From Thermoanaerobaculia bacterium (GTDB lineage: Bacteria > Acidobacteriota > Thermoanaerobaculia > Multivoradales > Multivoraceae), in NCBI GenBank assembly GCA_022824725.1, contig JAJDZH010000082.1:1-49384 (forward strand): a stretch of DNA of 49,384 bases, written 5' to 3'. Shown here piece by piece: positions 18,110 through 26,566 of the stretch; position 1 is the first letter of the stretch, and each line of letters opens with the position of its first letter. The notes beneath the pieces were generated by a model, which worked only from the letters and a program-made list of their open reading frames with translations, was not told the DNA's origin and did no database searches. A program made the position numbers and the translations under genes.

Positions 18110-18612
18110 CGGCGGTCCGCCGGCGGCGCCAGGACCTCGAAGCGGGTGGGATGGTCGTCTTCGGGGCCGGCCGGCACATCCTCCGTCGTCTCCTGCCGCC
18201 AGTCGTCGAGCGGAGACAGATCGACCGCCGTGTCGCCTTCGACCTCAGCCAGTACACGGGTCAGATACACGCGGTCCGCGAACCGAAACGCCCTGCTGAA
18301 CAGCCCGGCGCCCCCGATCACGAACATCTCCTCCTCGCCCGCCCGACGGGCCGCCTCGATCGCCGCTTCGAGCGAGCGCTGCACCTCGGCGCCGGGAGCC
18401 TCGAACCCGGCCTGCCTGCTCAGAACGACGCACGTCCTGCCCGGCAGCGGCCGGCAGCCGATCTCCTCCCAGGTGCGCCGGCCCATCACCACGTGGTGGC
18501 CCGTGGTCAGCCACTTGAAGCGGCGCACGTCGGTCCTGAGCCGCCAGGGCAGTTGACCCTCGAGGCCGATTACGCCGTTTGTCGCCGCGGCCAGAATCGC
18601 CGAGACTCTCAT
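18106..18612 (-). CDS. folA: dihydrofolate reductase
   Basis: MRVSAILAAATNGVIGLEGQLPWRLRTDVRRFKWLTTGHHVVMGRRTWEEIG and VIGGAGLF. Confidence 0.95.
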   Translation of the reverse strand: MRVSAILAAATNGVIGLEGQLPWRLRTDVRRFKWLTTGHHVVMGRRTWEEIGCRPLPGRTCVVLSRQAGFEAPGAEVQRSLEAAIEAARRAGEEEMFVIGGAGLFSRAFRFADRVYLTRVLAEVEGDTAVDLSPLDDWRQETTEDVPAGPEDDHPTRFEVLAPPADRR

Positions 18613-18636
18613 CCCGCTACGTCCCTCCCACCGTTC

Positions 18637-19431
18637 TCAGACGGCGATCGGAGCCCGGATCGGCGGATGCGGCTCGTAGCCCACGAGCTCGAAGTCGTCG
18701 AGCGTGAAGTCGAACACGGAGCCGACGTCCGGGTTGAGCTGCATCCGCGGCAACGGTCGCGGTTCCCGGGTCAGTTGCTCGCGCGCCTGGTCCACGTGGT
18801 TGCTGTACAGGTGGGCGTCACCGAAGGTGTGAACGAACTCCCCGGCCTCCAATCGGCAGGCCTGGGCGACCATCATCAGGAGCAGCGAGTAGGAAGCGAT
18901 GTTGAAGGGCACTCCCAGGAAGAGATCGCCGCTGCGCTGGTAGAGCTGGCATGACAGACGGCCGCCGGCAACGTAGAACTGGAACAGGGTGTGGCAGGGC
19001 GGCAGAGCCATCGAGTCGACCTCGGCGACGTTCCAGGCGCTGACGATCAGCCGCCGTGAGCTCGGCTCGCTGCGAATGCGCTCGATCACCGCGGCGATCT
19101 GATCGATCGACCGGCCGTCCCGGGTAGGCCAGGACCGCCACTGCGAGCCGTAGACAGGACCGAGGTCGCCGTGCTCGTCAGCCCATTCGTCCCAGATCGA
19201 GACGCCGTGCCGGTGCAGGAACTCGACATTCGTGTCGCCGCGAAGGAACCACAGCAGCTCGACGACGATCGATCGCAGGTGCAAGCGCTTCGTCGTCAGC
19301 ACCGGAAACCCGTCCGCGAGGTCGTAGCGCAACTGCCTGCCGAACACGCTGCGCGTCCCGGTGCCGGTGCGGTCGTCGCGGACCACGCCGTCGTCGAGCA
19401 CTTCCCTCAGCAGGTCGAGGTACTGGCGCAT
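18637..19431 (-). CDS. thyA: thymidylate synthase (ThyA type)
   Basis: [56 protein letters not shown] and DAHLYSNH. Confidence 0.97.
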   Translation of the reverse strand: MRQYLDLLREVLDDGVVRDDRTGTGTRSVFGRQLRYDLADGFPVLTTKRLHLRSIVVELLWFLRGDTNVEFLHRHGVSIWDEWADEHGDLGPVYGSQWRSWPTRDGRSIDQIAAVIERIRSEPSSRRLIVSAWNVAEVDSMALPPCHTLFQFYVAGGRLSCQLYQRSGDLFLGVPFNIASYSLLLMMVAQACRLEAGEFVHTFGDAHLYSNHVDQAREQLTREPRPLPRMQLNPDVGSVFDFTLDDFELVGYEPHPPIRAPIAV

Positions 19432-19453
19432 CGGATGTCACGCTACCAGCCGA

Positions 19454-20371
19454 CTACAGCAGCCGCAGCAACGCCGTCCTCTGCTCGTCGTCGGCGACGC
19501 GACCGAACTTGCGGCGCAGCCGCCGTCGCAGATACGAGCGCTCCCAGCGCGGCCGGTGGAGGTCGTAGTAGCGCAACTGGGAGGCACGGTAGAAGCGTTC
19601 CACTTCGGGAGACAGGAGCCGCGTCCCGCGACGCCCCGTCGTGACGCCGCGCGCGTGGCGGGCGCGGGCGCCCACCACCTGACGCTGGCGCCAGTTCTTC
19701 CGCGCCAGCCGCAACCCGAGGTCGGCGTCCTCGAAGTAGAGGAAGAAGCCCTCGTCGAAGCCGCCGACTTCCTCGAACGCGCTCCGGCGAACGAGCAGAC
19801 AGGCGGCCGAGAACCACCCTTGCCCGAGCAGCGGCCGGAGCAGCCGTGGCAACAGCGCGTGGTTCCAGACTCTCCCCTCGAAGCGGTTGCGGAACCTCTG
19901 GACCGCTTCTCCCGCGACGCCCACACCCGGCGCCCAGACGAACTGGGGTGAGCCGTCCGGGTAGCGAAGCGCCGGCGCGGCGACGCCGAGACGCGAGTCC
20001 GCATCGAGCGCTTCCTCCAGCAGGAGCAGGGACGGCCCGTCGATCCACGCGTCCGGATTCAGGAGCAGCAGGTAGCGGCCCGCCGCATGCCCGGCCGCCG
20101 TGTTGCAACCCGCGCCAAAGCCGACGTTGCGCTCCAGGGGAATCAGCCGAACCGGCGGCGCCGGGTCCGACGCCCGCTCCTGGAACTCGCGAACCGCCTC
20201 CGTCGAACCGTCCGTCGAGGCGTTGTCGACCAGGATGATCTCGAGGCTCCCGTCCTGAGTCCCGCGCTCGCCGGCGACGGCCCGCAGCCGCTCCAGGCAC
20301 TCCTGAAGATGCGGCCCCGCGTTGTGGTTGACGACCAGGACGCTGGTCGCCGGCGACTCCGCTCCGCTCAT
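19454..20371 (-). CDS. GT2 glycosyltransferase (rhamnosyltransferase-like)
   Basis: The internal ATG at 20371 forms an ATGA overlap with the upstream GT4 stop. Motifs SVLVVNHNAG, ILVDNASTDGS, NVGFGAGCN and LLLNPDA. Confidence 0.85.
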   Translation of the reverse strand: MSGAESPATSVLVVNHNAGPHLQECLERLRAVAGERGTQDGSLEIILVDNASTDGSTEAVREFQERASDPAPPVRLIPLERNVGFGAGCNTAAGHAAGRYLLLLNPDAWIDGPSLLLLEEALDADSRLGVAAPALRYPDGSPQFVWAPGVGVAGEAVQRFRNRFEGRVWNHALLPRLLRPLLGQGWFSAACLLVRRSAFEEVGGFDEGFFLYFEDADLGLRLARKNWRQRQVVGARARHARGVTTGRRGTRLLSPEVERFYRASQLRYYDLHRPRWERSYLRRRLRRKFGRVADDEQRTALLRLL

Positions 20372-21609
20372 GAACCCTGCCCCCGGCCCGTTCGCCACGC
20401 CGTTTCGAGCTCCGTGGCGAAGCGCTCGGCGGCGCGGGCCCAGGTCAGCGACCGTACACGGCTCGAACCCACGGCCGCCGCGGACTCTCTCGCCTCGCCA
20501 TCGAACAGGAGCCGCCGCAGCCCATCCGTCACCCCATCGACGTCCAGGCGGTCGCATCGAAGCGGATAGCCCGGCCACAACTCGAGCAGCCCCGGGGCGT
20601 CGGAAACAAGCACCGGCACGCCGGCCGCCAGCGACTCGAGGGGCGGCAGGCCGTAGCCCTCGTACTCCGACACGTAGATCGTCCCGACGGCGCCCGCGTA
20701 CAGCTCCGGAAGGTCCCGGTCATCCACGTAGCCGATCCGGATCACGCGGTCGGCGCAGCCGCTCGAACGAATCAGGTGGTCCAGGTCGGCCGGCCTCGGC
20801 AACTGGTTCGAGCCGGCGATGACGAGCTGGAGCTCTTCGACTCTCAGATCGCCAGCAGCCGTCACCGCCCCGGCCTGCGGCGCCTCAACCAACAGCCGGG
20901 TCAGGCCGGCCAGCACCAGGTCGAGTCGCCGGCGCGCCAGGATGGAACCCGGAACCAGCAGGTACGGACGCCGCACACCCAGCCCGGAGAGACGCTCGCT
21001 CCGTCCGGCATCGCCGCGAGACTCCGACCGTCGTGCCTGCCCGAACCGGGCCGCCACGCCGAGCGGAGCGACCGCGATCCGCTCCTCCGGCAGGCCGTAG
21101 CGCCGCTGAAGTTCGGCGGCGGTCCGGCCCGTGTCGGTCAGCACCCTGGTCGCGGAACGGGCCGCGCGGCGTGCCAGGAAACGCCGCCGCCACCTCTCCC
21201 GGAAACTGAAGTCGCGCGGCAGAACCTCGAACGACACGTCGTGAATCGTGACGAGCGACGGACGAGAACCCCCGCCAGGCAGGCTGTAGCCCGGTGAGAA
21301 GAGCAGGTCCACGGGTCGACGCCGGAGGATGCGGGGCAGTCGGACCTGCTCCCAGAGGATCGGATGCGCATCGGCGCGGCGATCGAACAGGGCCTCGCAG
21401 GTACAGCCCCCCGCCCCCCCTCCGGTCCACAGCGGATGCTCGAAGGGATCGCCCTTGAAGAACAGTCGCAGGCGCCAGTCACGCGCCCGCGGCGTCGCGC
21501 GGAGAGCCGTCAGGAGCTCCTCGAGGTACCTCCCCACGCCGGTCGGCGCGCCCTCCATCTCGTAGGCGACGACGCCGATCGACCCCGGCCCCGCAGCCTC
21601 TTGCGTCAT
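20368..21609 (-). CDS. GT4 (group 1) glycosyltransferase
   Basis: VSFEVLPRDF..., YVSEYEGYGLPPLESLAAGVPVLVSD (EX7E-type block). ATGA overlaps at both ends. Confidence 0.85.
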   Translation of the reverse strand: MTQEAAGPGSIGVVAYEMEGAPTGVGRYLEELLTALRATPRARDWRLRLFFKGDPFEHPLWTGGGAGGCTCEALFDRRADAHPILWEQVRLPRILRRRPVDLLFSPGYSLPGGGSRPSLVTIHDVSFEVLPRDFSFRERWRRRFLARRAARSATRVLTDTGRTAAELQRRYGLPEERIAVAPLGVAARFGQARRSESRGDAGRSERLSGLGVRRPYLLVPGSILARRRLDLVLAGLTRLLVEAPQAGAVTAAGDLRVEELQLVIAGSNQLPRPADLDHLIRSSGCADRVIRIGYVDDRDLPELYAGAVGTIYVSEYEGYGLPPLESLAAGVPVLVSDAPGLLELWPGYPLRCDRLDVDGVTDGLRRLLFDGEARESAAAVGSSRVRSLTWARAAERFATELETAWRTGRGQGS

Positions 21610-22733
21610 CGGGGTCCGACGGTCCGCGCGCCGCCCTCGCCTGTGATGTCACCGTAGATGCCGATCACTTCCTCGGCCGCCCGCCGCCAGGAGAAGGTGG
21701 CCGCGCGCTCCAGACCGGCCTGGCGGTAGCGATCGCGCCGCGAGGGCTCCCGCAGCAGGGCGTCGAGGCCGCGCCGGATCGCCGCCGTGTCGTACGGGTC
21801 GACGCACAGGGCGGCGTCCCCGGCCACCTCGACCAGCGACGACCGGTTCGACGTAAGGACCGGCGTCCCGCAGGCCATCGCTTCCACCACCGGCAGCCCG
21901 AAACCCTCGACCAGCGACGGATAGGCCACCACCGAGGCCGCATTGTAGAGGGCGATCAGGTCGGCCTCCGACACGGCGCCGAGGCGGCGCACGAAGTCCG
22001 GCCAGTCGCCCGCGAACACGGCGTCCCGCTTCCAGCCGCCGCCGCCGACCAGCGCGAGCGGGACCCGGGTCCGCAGATCCGGAGCAAGGCCGCCGTAGGC
22101 CTCGATCAGCCGGGCGATGTTCTTGCGCGGTTCCAGCGTTCCCACCGAAAGGACGAACGGCCCGTCGAGACCGAAGCGCTCGGCGAGTCGCCGTCTCGCC
22201 GCCTCCAGGCCGGCGCCATCGAAGGCCGCGAAGGCGGCCGAGGCCGCCTCGTAGACCACCCGCAACCGATCGTCCGGCAACACGAACCACTTCCGCACCT
22301 CCTCGGCCGTGGCCTCCGATACGGCGAGGATCGTCGCGCCCTGCGAGACCGCTCGCAGCGTCGCCAGCAGGCACTGGTTCCGATTCGCCGGTACGTGAAA
22401 CCGCGGGTGGGTGAGAAAGGTCAGATCGTGAATGGTGAACACGACCGGTCCGTCGAAGCAGGCAGGGTCGGCGAAGGTCGGAATGTGGAACAGATCGAGA
22501 TCCCGGCGCCGCGGCCAGCGGCCCGGTCCACGCCGTACGTTCCCCGGCAGTCCTTCCAGGAGCCCCTTCCAGCCGCCTGCGTCGACCTCCGCGTCGAGCG
22601 CGTACAGAACGAGGTCCGGCCTGCCGCCCCGCTCCTCCGACAGCTCCGCCAGCGCCTCAAGCAGGCTGGCTGAGTACCTGGCTACGCCGTCCCGAGGCCC
22701 GAACAGCTTGCTCACGTCGAAACCGACGCGCAT
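21606..22733 (-). CDS. GT4 (group 1) glycosyltransferase, mannosyltransferase-like
   Basis: FTIHDLTFLTHP, SVGTLEPRKN and YPSLVEGFGLPVVEAMACGTPVLTSN. Confidence 0.85.
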   Translation of the reverse strand: MRVGFDVSKLFGPRDGVARYSASLLEALAELSEERGGRPDLVLYALDAEVDAGGWKGLLEGLPGNVRRGPGRWPRRRDLDLFHIPTFADPACFDGPVVFTIHDLTFLTHPRFHVPANRNQCLLATLRAVSQGATILAVSEATAEEVRKWFVLPDDRLRVVYEAASAAFAAFDGAGLEAARRRLAERFGLDGPFVLSVGTLEPRKNIARLIEAYGGLAPDLRTRVPLALVGGGGWKRDAVFAGDWPDFVRRLGAVSEADLIALYNAASVVAYPSLVEGFGLPVVEAMACGTPVLTSNRSSLVEVAGDAALCVDPYDTAAIRRGLDALLREPSRRDRYRQAGLERAATFSWRRAAEEVIGIYGDITGEGGARTVGPR

Positions 22734-22739
22734 GCGACC

Positions 22740-23054
22740 TCAGGTACTCCGTGCTTCCCGCCTCACCTCGGCGCGAATCCCCCTGGCCACCGCTCGCAGC
22801 TTCCTCGCGGCGCCGGCCCTCAGGTCTCCGGCGCTCTCGAGCTGCTCGATCAACGGCAGGATGTCGGCGTGAAGCGGATCCACCCTCGCCACCTCCTTCG
22901 CCCGTGCCCACACCGCGATGCGAAAACGATCGTAGGCGCCCGCGCCGATCACGCGGCGCAGCGCCAACCGCAACGGCCGGGCAGGGCCGGAACGGCCAAG
23001 GCGTCCCAAGAAGGCAACGATGACCCGCCCCATGGCACGGGGAGGGTACAACAA
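22740..23054 (-). CDS. hypothetical small protein (coding status uncertain)
   Basis: 104-codon ORF (TTG start; ATG at 23033) that exactly fills the gap between the acyltransferase and the first GT4. Helical-looking C-terminal half (ILPLIEQLESAGDLRAGAARKL). No SD, GC3 somewhat lower than the neighbouring genes, no family recognised. Confidence 0.4.
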   Translation of the reverse strand: MLYPPRAMGRVIVAFLGRLGRSGPARPLRLALRRVIGAGAYDRFRIAVWARAKEVARVDPLHADILPLIEQLESAGDLRAGAARKLRAVARGIRAEVRREARST

Positions 23055-23063
23055 CCGGAGGGA

Positions 23064-24485
23064 TTACACGTCGAGAACCGCCACCAGGCCGATCACCTCG
23101 TCGTACAGAGCCGAACGCTGCCGGCGCAGCCGCTTCACCGTATCCCTGCGAAAACCGCCGACCCAGAGCGCTCGCAGACCGTGACCGAGCTCGGCGATGA
23201 ACCGGTGGTAGCGGAGGCCCAGCAGCGCGGAAAGCACGCACAGGGCCAGCATCCCGGCGACTCGTACCCACAGAGCCTCGGGCCTCCAGTCGAAGCCGGG
23301 CAGGGGCTCGGTCCAGGCCAGGCCCACGGCCAGGCTGGCCGCCATCCAGGCCATCGGCAGGATGATCAGTCCCAGGAACATCTTCAGGCCCGCCTGTTCC
23401 TTGCGGGTCACGGACAGCTTTCTCGCGCCGAGGGCAACGAGCAGCGCGGCCGGGAGGTTGACCAGGTTGCCGATCAGGACGACCGTCGGCAACAGCAGGA
23501 GCATGAGCAGCGCTTCGACGCCAAGGAGAATCACGCGCCAGACCGTGCGTCCGAGCGGAGCGCCATCCAGGTCCCGGTCGCTCAGGCCCAGCAACCGCAG
23601 CGCCTCGCCGTAGCGCGTTACGCGGGCGACGAGCCGGTCCACGACGCCGGGGTCGATCGCGCGCTGCCTTCGATACCCCGCCCAGACGCGCGCGAAGCCC
23701 TCGTCCCGCTCCTGCATCGGCGCCCTCCGGAGCCTCGGAACGCCTTCACGCGCCGCCTGCTCGGCGCGCACCAGGGACCGCACCTGTTCCATTGCCCGGT
23801 GGAGCTCCCAGCTCTCGGTTGGATGAGTGACCTCGATCAGGTGCTGCTGGATCAGCCCGGTCAGGCGGTCGACGAAGGTCTCCGGACACAGATTCTCCGG
23901 CAGTTCGACCGGCGGGTAGAACGCGAGCAGGACCCGGGAACGGAACGCGTGCTTGCGTTCGTAGTGGAGTCCCACCGGCACCAGCAGGGGATCGCCGCCG
24001 CCCTCCTGGGCGAGCTGGAACAGCCGCGCCGCACCGGCCCGCAGCTCGAGCACCTGGGGCTCGTCGTGCGTTGCGCCTTCCGGAAAGATGGCGACGAAGG
24101 ACTGCCGCGCGGCGGAAGCCAGCGCGCCGAGGCTCCGATGGTTCGCCGCCCGCCGCTCTTCGTCGCTCATGCGGGCGCCCGGCTCGCCCCGGTCCCGGCG
24201 ACGATACAGCGGCACGGCGCCGGCGCCGCGCAGCAACCAGCCGACGATCGGAAGTCGGAACAGGCCGTGGCGGGCGCCGAACGTGACCGGGCGAGGACAG
24301 AAGCCGAGAAGCAGGATGCCGTCGGCCAGACCGTTCGGGTGCCAGGCAACGAGCAGACCGCCTCCGTCCCGCGGCACGTTCTCGCTGCCGACCACCTCGA
24401 CACTGCGAAAGAACAGCCTCGCCAGCAGCCGCAGAAACCACCTGAGGCCTCGCATTCTGAGCCCGCGCTCGACCGCCGCAACCAC
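23064..24485 (-). CDS. lysophospholipid/glycerol-phosphate acyltransferase family protein with C-terminal multi-TM region
   Basis: N-terminal acyltransferase domain (LLVAWHPNGLADGILL histidine/aspartate box; FPEGATHDEP). The C-terminal ~150 aa has 3-4 TM helices (VILLGVEALLMLLLLPTVVLIGNLV; FLGLIILPMAWMAASLAVGLAW). GTG start at 24485; an ATG at 24455 is an alternative. Confidence 0.8.
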   Translation of the reverse strand: MVAAVERGLRMRGLRWFLRLLARLFFRSVEVVGSENVPRDGGGLLVAWHPNGLADGILLLGFCPRPVTFGARHGLFRLPIVGWLLRGAGAVPLYRRRDRGEPGARMSDEERRAANHRSLGALASAARQSFVAIFPEGATHDEPQVLELRAGAARLFQLAQEGGGDPLLVPVGLHYERKHAFRSRVLLAFYPPVELPENLCPETFVDRLTGLIQQHLIEVTHPTESWELHRAMEQVRSLVRAEQAAREGVPRLRRAPMQERDEGFARVWAGYRRQRAIDPGVVDRLVARVTRYGEALRLLGLSDRDLDGAPLGRTVWRVILLGVEALLMLLLLPTVVLIGNLVNLPAALLVALGARKLSVTRKEQAGLKMFLGLIILPMAWMAASLAVGLAWTEPLPGFDWRPEALWVRVAGMLALCVLSALLGLRYHRFIAELGHGLRALWVGGFRRDTVKRLRRQRSALYDEVIGLVAVLDV

Positions 24486-24561
24486 CTCCCGACCAAGCTC
24501 CGTCCGATCGCCGGCAGTCTACGCCACGGACTACGCCCGTACCATCCGACCGGTCGGTTGC

Positions 24562-24590
24562 TTGACAACTACCGGCCGCCCCCCTACGGT
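24562..24590 (+). promoter_or_regulatory. candidate sigma70-type promoter (TTGACA-17 nt-TACGGT)
   Basis: Perfect -35 TTGACA at 24562..24567, a 17-nt spacer and TACGGT at 24585..24590, in the divergent region between the acyltransferase and the yifB-like gene. Confidence 0.35.
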
Positions 24591-24620
24591 GGTTTCACCG
24601 ATGAGACGGAAGGAGGTTCC

Positions 24621-24710
24621 ATGACACCACCGGGCCATCTCCAGCCCCCGGTTGCCCCGACGCTGACCGGCGCGGGAGCCAAGCCGGGGGCCGCCGAGTC
24701 CAGGGCTTGA
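24621..24710 (+). CDS. 29-codon small ORF with a canonical SD (speculative)
   Basis: AGGAGG at 24611..24616, 4 nt before ATG 24621. Product: MTPPGHLQPPVAPTLTGAGAKPGAAESRA. Mostly G/C in third positions. It is the tail of shadow ORF 22869..24710. No homology evidence. Confidence 0.2.
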   Translation: MTPPGHLQPPVAPTLTGAGAKPGAAESRA

Positions 24711-24860
24711 ATGGACCATGAATTCCGACCGCTCGACCGTCGCCTGAACCGCCCGAGCCGTCCGAACGGACCGCGCCGAGGCAAGCCGGAACGAGTCGGG
24801 GGCCACCGGGCATAGATCGCCTACCGCGAAAACGCATCCATCCCGAGCCCGGGACACTCT

Positions 24861-24889
24861 GAGAGCGCAGGTTCTTCGCCTGCGCTCTC
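24861..24889 (+). terminator. perfect 11-bp stem hairpin (GAGAGCGCAGG-ttcttcg-CCTGCGCTCTC) followed by ATTGCGTTTGG
   Basis: The inverted repeat was read directly. A partially T-rich tail occurs only on the plus strand. It lies 55 nt upstream of the yifB-like start. It could be a terminator for the upstream mini-transcript or an attenuator. Confidence 0.4.
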
Positions 24890-24943
24890 ATTGCGTTTGG
24901 GTGGCCGAACACGCTTCGGGAGCGACCTTGCGTCTTAGTCCAT

Positions 24944-26467
24944 GTGATCGCGTACATGAACTCCGCGACGCCCTGGGGCGTCGAAGCGCGGGAGGTCCAG
25001 GTGGAAGTCGCGGCCTACTTCGGCTTGCCGGCGATGCAGTTGATCGGCTTGCCCGACACCGCGGTACGGGAGAGCCGTGACCGCGTACGGGCGGCGATCC
25101 GGAGCAGCGGCTACGACCTCCAGAGCCGCAACGTCGTCATCAACCTGGCGCCCGCGGATCTGCGCAAGGAGGGCAACCAGCTCGACCTGCCGATCGCTCT
25201 CGGGCTGCTGACCGCCAATCGCGAACTCACCGCCGAGTCTCTCGAGGGCCGGATGGCCTGTGGCGAACTGGGCCTCGATGGCGAGGTGCGGCCCGTTCGA
25301 GGCGCCCTGTCCATCACGGAGCTGGCGGGGAGACTCGGCATCCGTGAAGTCCTTCTGCCGGCGGCGAACAGCCGGCAGGCCGCTTCCATCGGCGGAACGA
25401 AGGTGATCCCCGTCGCCCACCTGCGTGAAGCGATCGAACACCTGACCGGCGACCGGGCAATCACGCCGGCGACGGCGATGCCGCCGCAGCGGAGCAGGAA
25501 CGGCACGGAGCCCGACTTCTCGGATGTCCGCGGCCAGGAAACGGCCAAGCGGGCCCTGGAGGTCGCCGCGGCCGGCGGGCACAACGTCCTCTTCGTCGGG
25601 CCGCCGGGAACCGGAAAGACGATGCTTGCCCGGCGTCTCCCCGGCATCCTGCCGCCGCTCACCGGCGCGGAGGCGATCACGGTGACGAAGATCCACTCCC
25701 TGTCCGGCCTCGCCCACGGCGCCGGTGGACTGGTCTGGACTCGCCCCTTCCGCAGCCCGCACGCCGGTGTTTCCTCGTCGGGTCTGATCGGCGGCGGCTC
25801 CGTTCCCCGACCCGGGGAGATCAGCCTGGCGCACGCCGGCGTGCTGTTCCTGGACGAACTGCCCGAGTTCCGGCGCGATGCGCTCGAGGCGCTTCGCCAG
25901 CCGCTCGAGGACGGCGTCGTCACGGTCGTCCGGGCAAAAGCCCGGCTCACCTTCCCCGCCCGCTTTACCCTGGTCGCCGCCTGCAACCCCTGCCGCTGCG
26001 GCCACCTCGGTGATCCGCGGGCGGAGTGCGTCTGCGCGGCGGGAGACATCGACCGCTATCGCCGCCGGCTCTCCGGTCCCCTGCTCGACCGGATCGATCT
26101 CCACGTCGAGATGCCGGTTCCCAGCCTGGAGGACCTGAAGGGACCGGCCTGCGAGAGCTCCGCCGAGATCGCGGAGAGGGTGGCGGCGGCCCGCCGCACC
26201 CAGGCCTTCCGCTTCCCCGCCGGCCATCCGGAGCCCCTGAACAGCGCGATGTCGCGCCGGGATCTGGAAGAGCACTGCCAACCCACCGAGGCAGCCCAGA
26301 ACCTCCTCGACGCGGCCTTCGAGCGCCTGGCCATGTCGGCCAGGGCACTGGCCAGAGCACTCAAGGTGGCTCGCACGATTGCCGACCTGGACTCCTCCCC
26401 GCGGATCGACGTCACCCACGTTGCGGAAGCGATTCAGTACCGGCCGCTGGACCGCCGCAACCCATGA
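24944..26467 (+). CDS. YifB/ComM family Mg-chelatase-like AAA+ ATPase
   Basis: GVEAREVQVEVAAYFGLPAMQLIGLPDTAVRESRDRV, Walker A GPPGTGKTML, GVLFLDELPEF and CNPCRCG. GTG start at 24944 (ATG 24956 is an alternative). Confidence 0.95.
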   Translation: MIAYMNSATPWGVEAREVQVEVAAYFGLPAMQLIGLPDTAVRESRDRVRAAIRSSGYDLQSRNVVINLAPADLRKEGNQLDLPIALGLLTANRELTAESLEGRMACGELGLDGEVRPVRGALSITELAGRLGIREVLLPAANSRQAASIGGTKVIPVAHLREAIEHLTGDRAITPATAMPPQRSRNGTEPDFSDVRGQETAKRALEVAAAGGHNVLFVGPPGTGKTMLARRLPGILPPLTGAEAITVTKIHSLSGLAHGAGGLVWTRPFRSPHAGVSSSGLIGGGSVPRPGEISLAHAGVLFLDELPEFRRDALEALRQPLEDGVVTVVRAKARLTFPARFTLVAACNPCRCGHLGDPRAECVCAAGDIDRYRRRLSGPLLDRIDLHVEMPVPSLEDLKGPACESSAEIAERVAAARRTQAFRFPAGHPEPLNSAMSRRDLEEHCQPTEAAQNLLDAAFERLAMSARALARALKVARTIADLDSSPRIDVTHVAEAIQYRPLDRRNP

Positions 26468-26480
26468 CGCCGACGCGCAC

Positions 26481-26520
26481 GGCGGCCGGGCGGGGCTACC
26501 CTCCGCCTCGCCCGGCCGCC
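26481..26520 (+). terminator. 12-bp perfect inverted repeat (GGCGGCCGGGCG ... CGCCCGGCCGCC) with a 16-nt loop, just after the yifB-like stop
   Basis: Arms at 26481..26492 and 26509..26520, followed by GC-rich sequence and then GCGTTTGCTGCT. Possible terminator or insulator between the yifB-like gene and the M23 gene. Confidence 0.3.
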
Positions 26521-26523
26521 GCT

Positions 26524-26552
26524 CTGACGGCTCAGGCGTTTGCTGCTAAAAT
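26524..26552 (+). promoter_or_regulatory. candidate promoter with an extended -10 (CTGACG-17 nt-TGcTAAAAT) for the M23 peptidase gene
   Basis: -35-like CTGACG at 26524..26529, TG at 26544-26545 and TAAAAT at 26547..26552. This implies a very short (under ~10 nt) leader before ATG 26567. Confidence 0.4.
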
Positions 26553-26566
26553 CGATCCCGGTCGAT

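Noticed and set aside
24711-24815. Second mini-ORF (34 codons, MDHEFRPLDRRLNRPSRPNGPRRGKPERVGGHRA) starting immediately after the stop of the 29-codon ORF
   Set aside because: It has no SD of its own and an Arg/Pro-rich composition typical of a random frame in GC-rich DNA. It is mentioned only as context for the intergenic finding.
24486-24943. Possible housekeeping ncRNA (SRP/4.5S RNA, tmRNA, RNase P RNA, 6S RNA) in the large intergenic gap
   Set aside because: There is only a vague resemblance (GGAGCCAAGCC) to the SRP domain IV motif. There is no tmRNA tag ORF or 3' CCA-type end and no RNase P conserved blocks. This cannot be supported without a covariance-model search.
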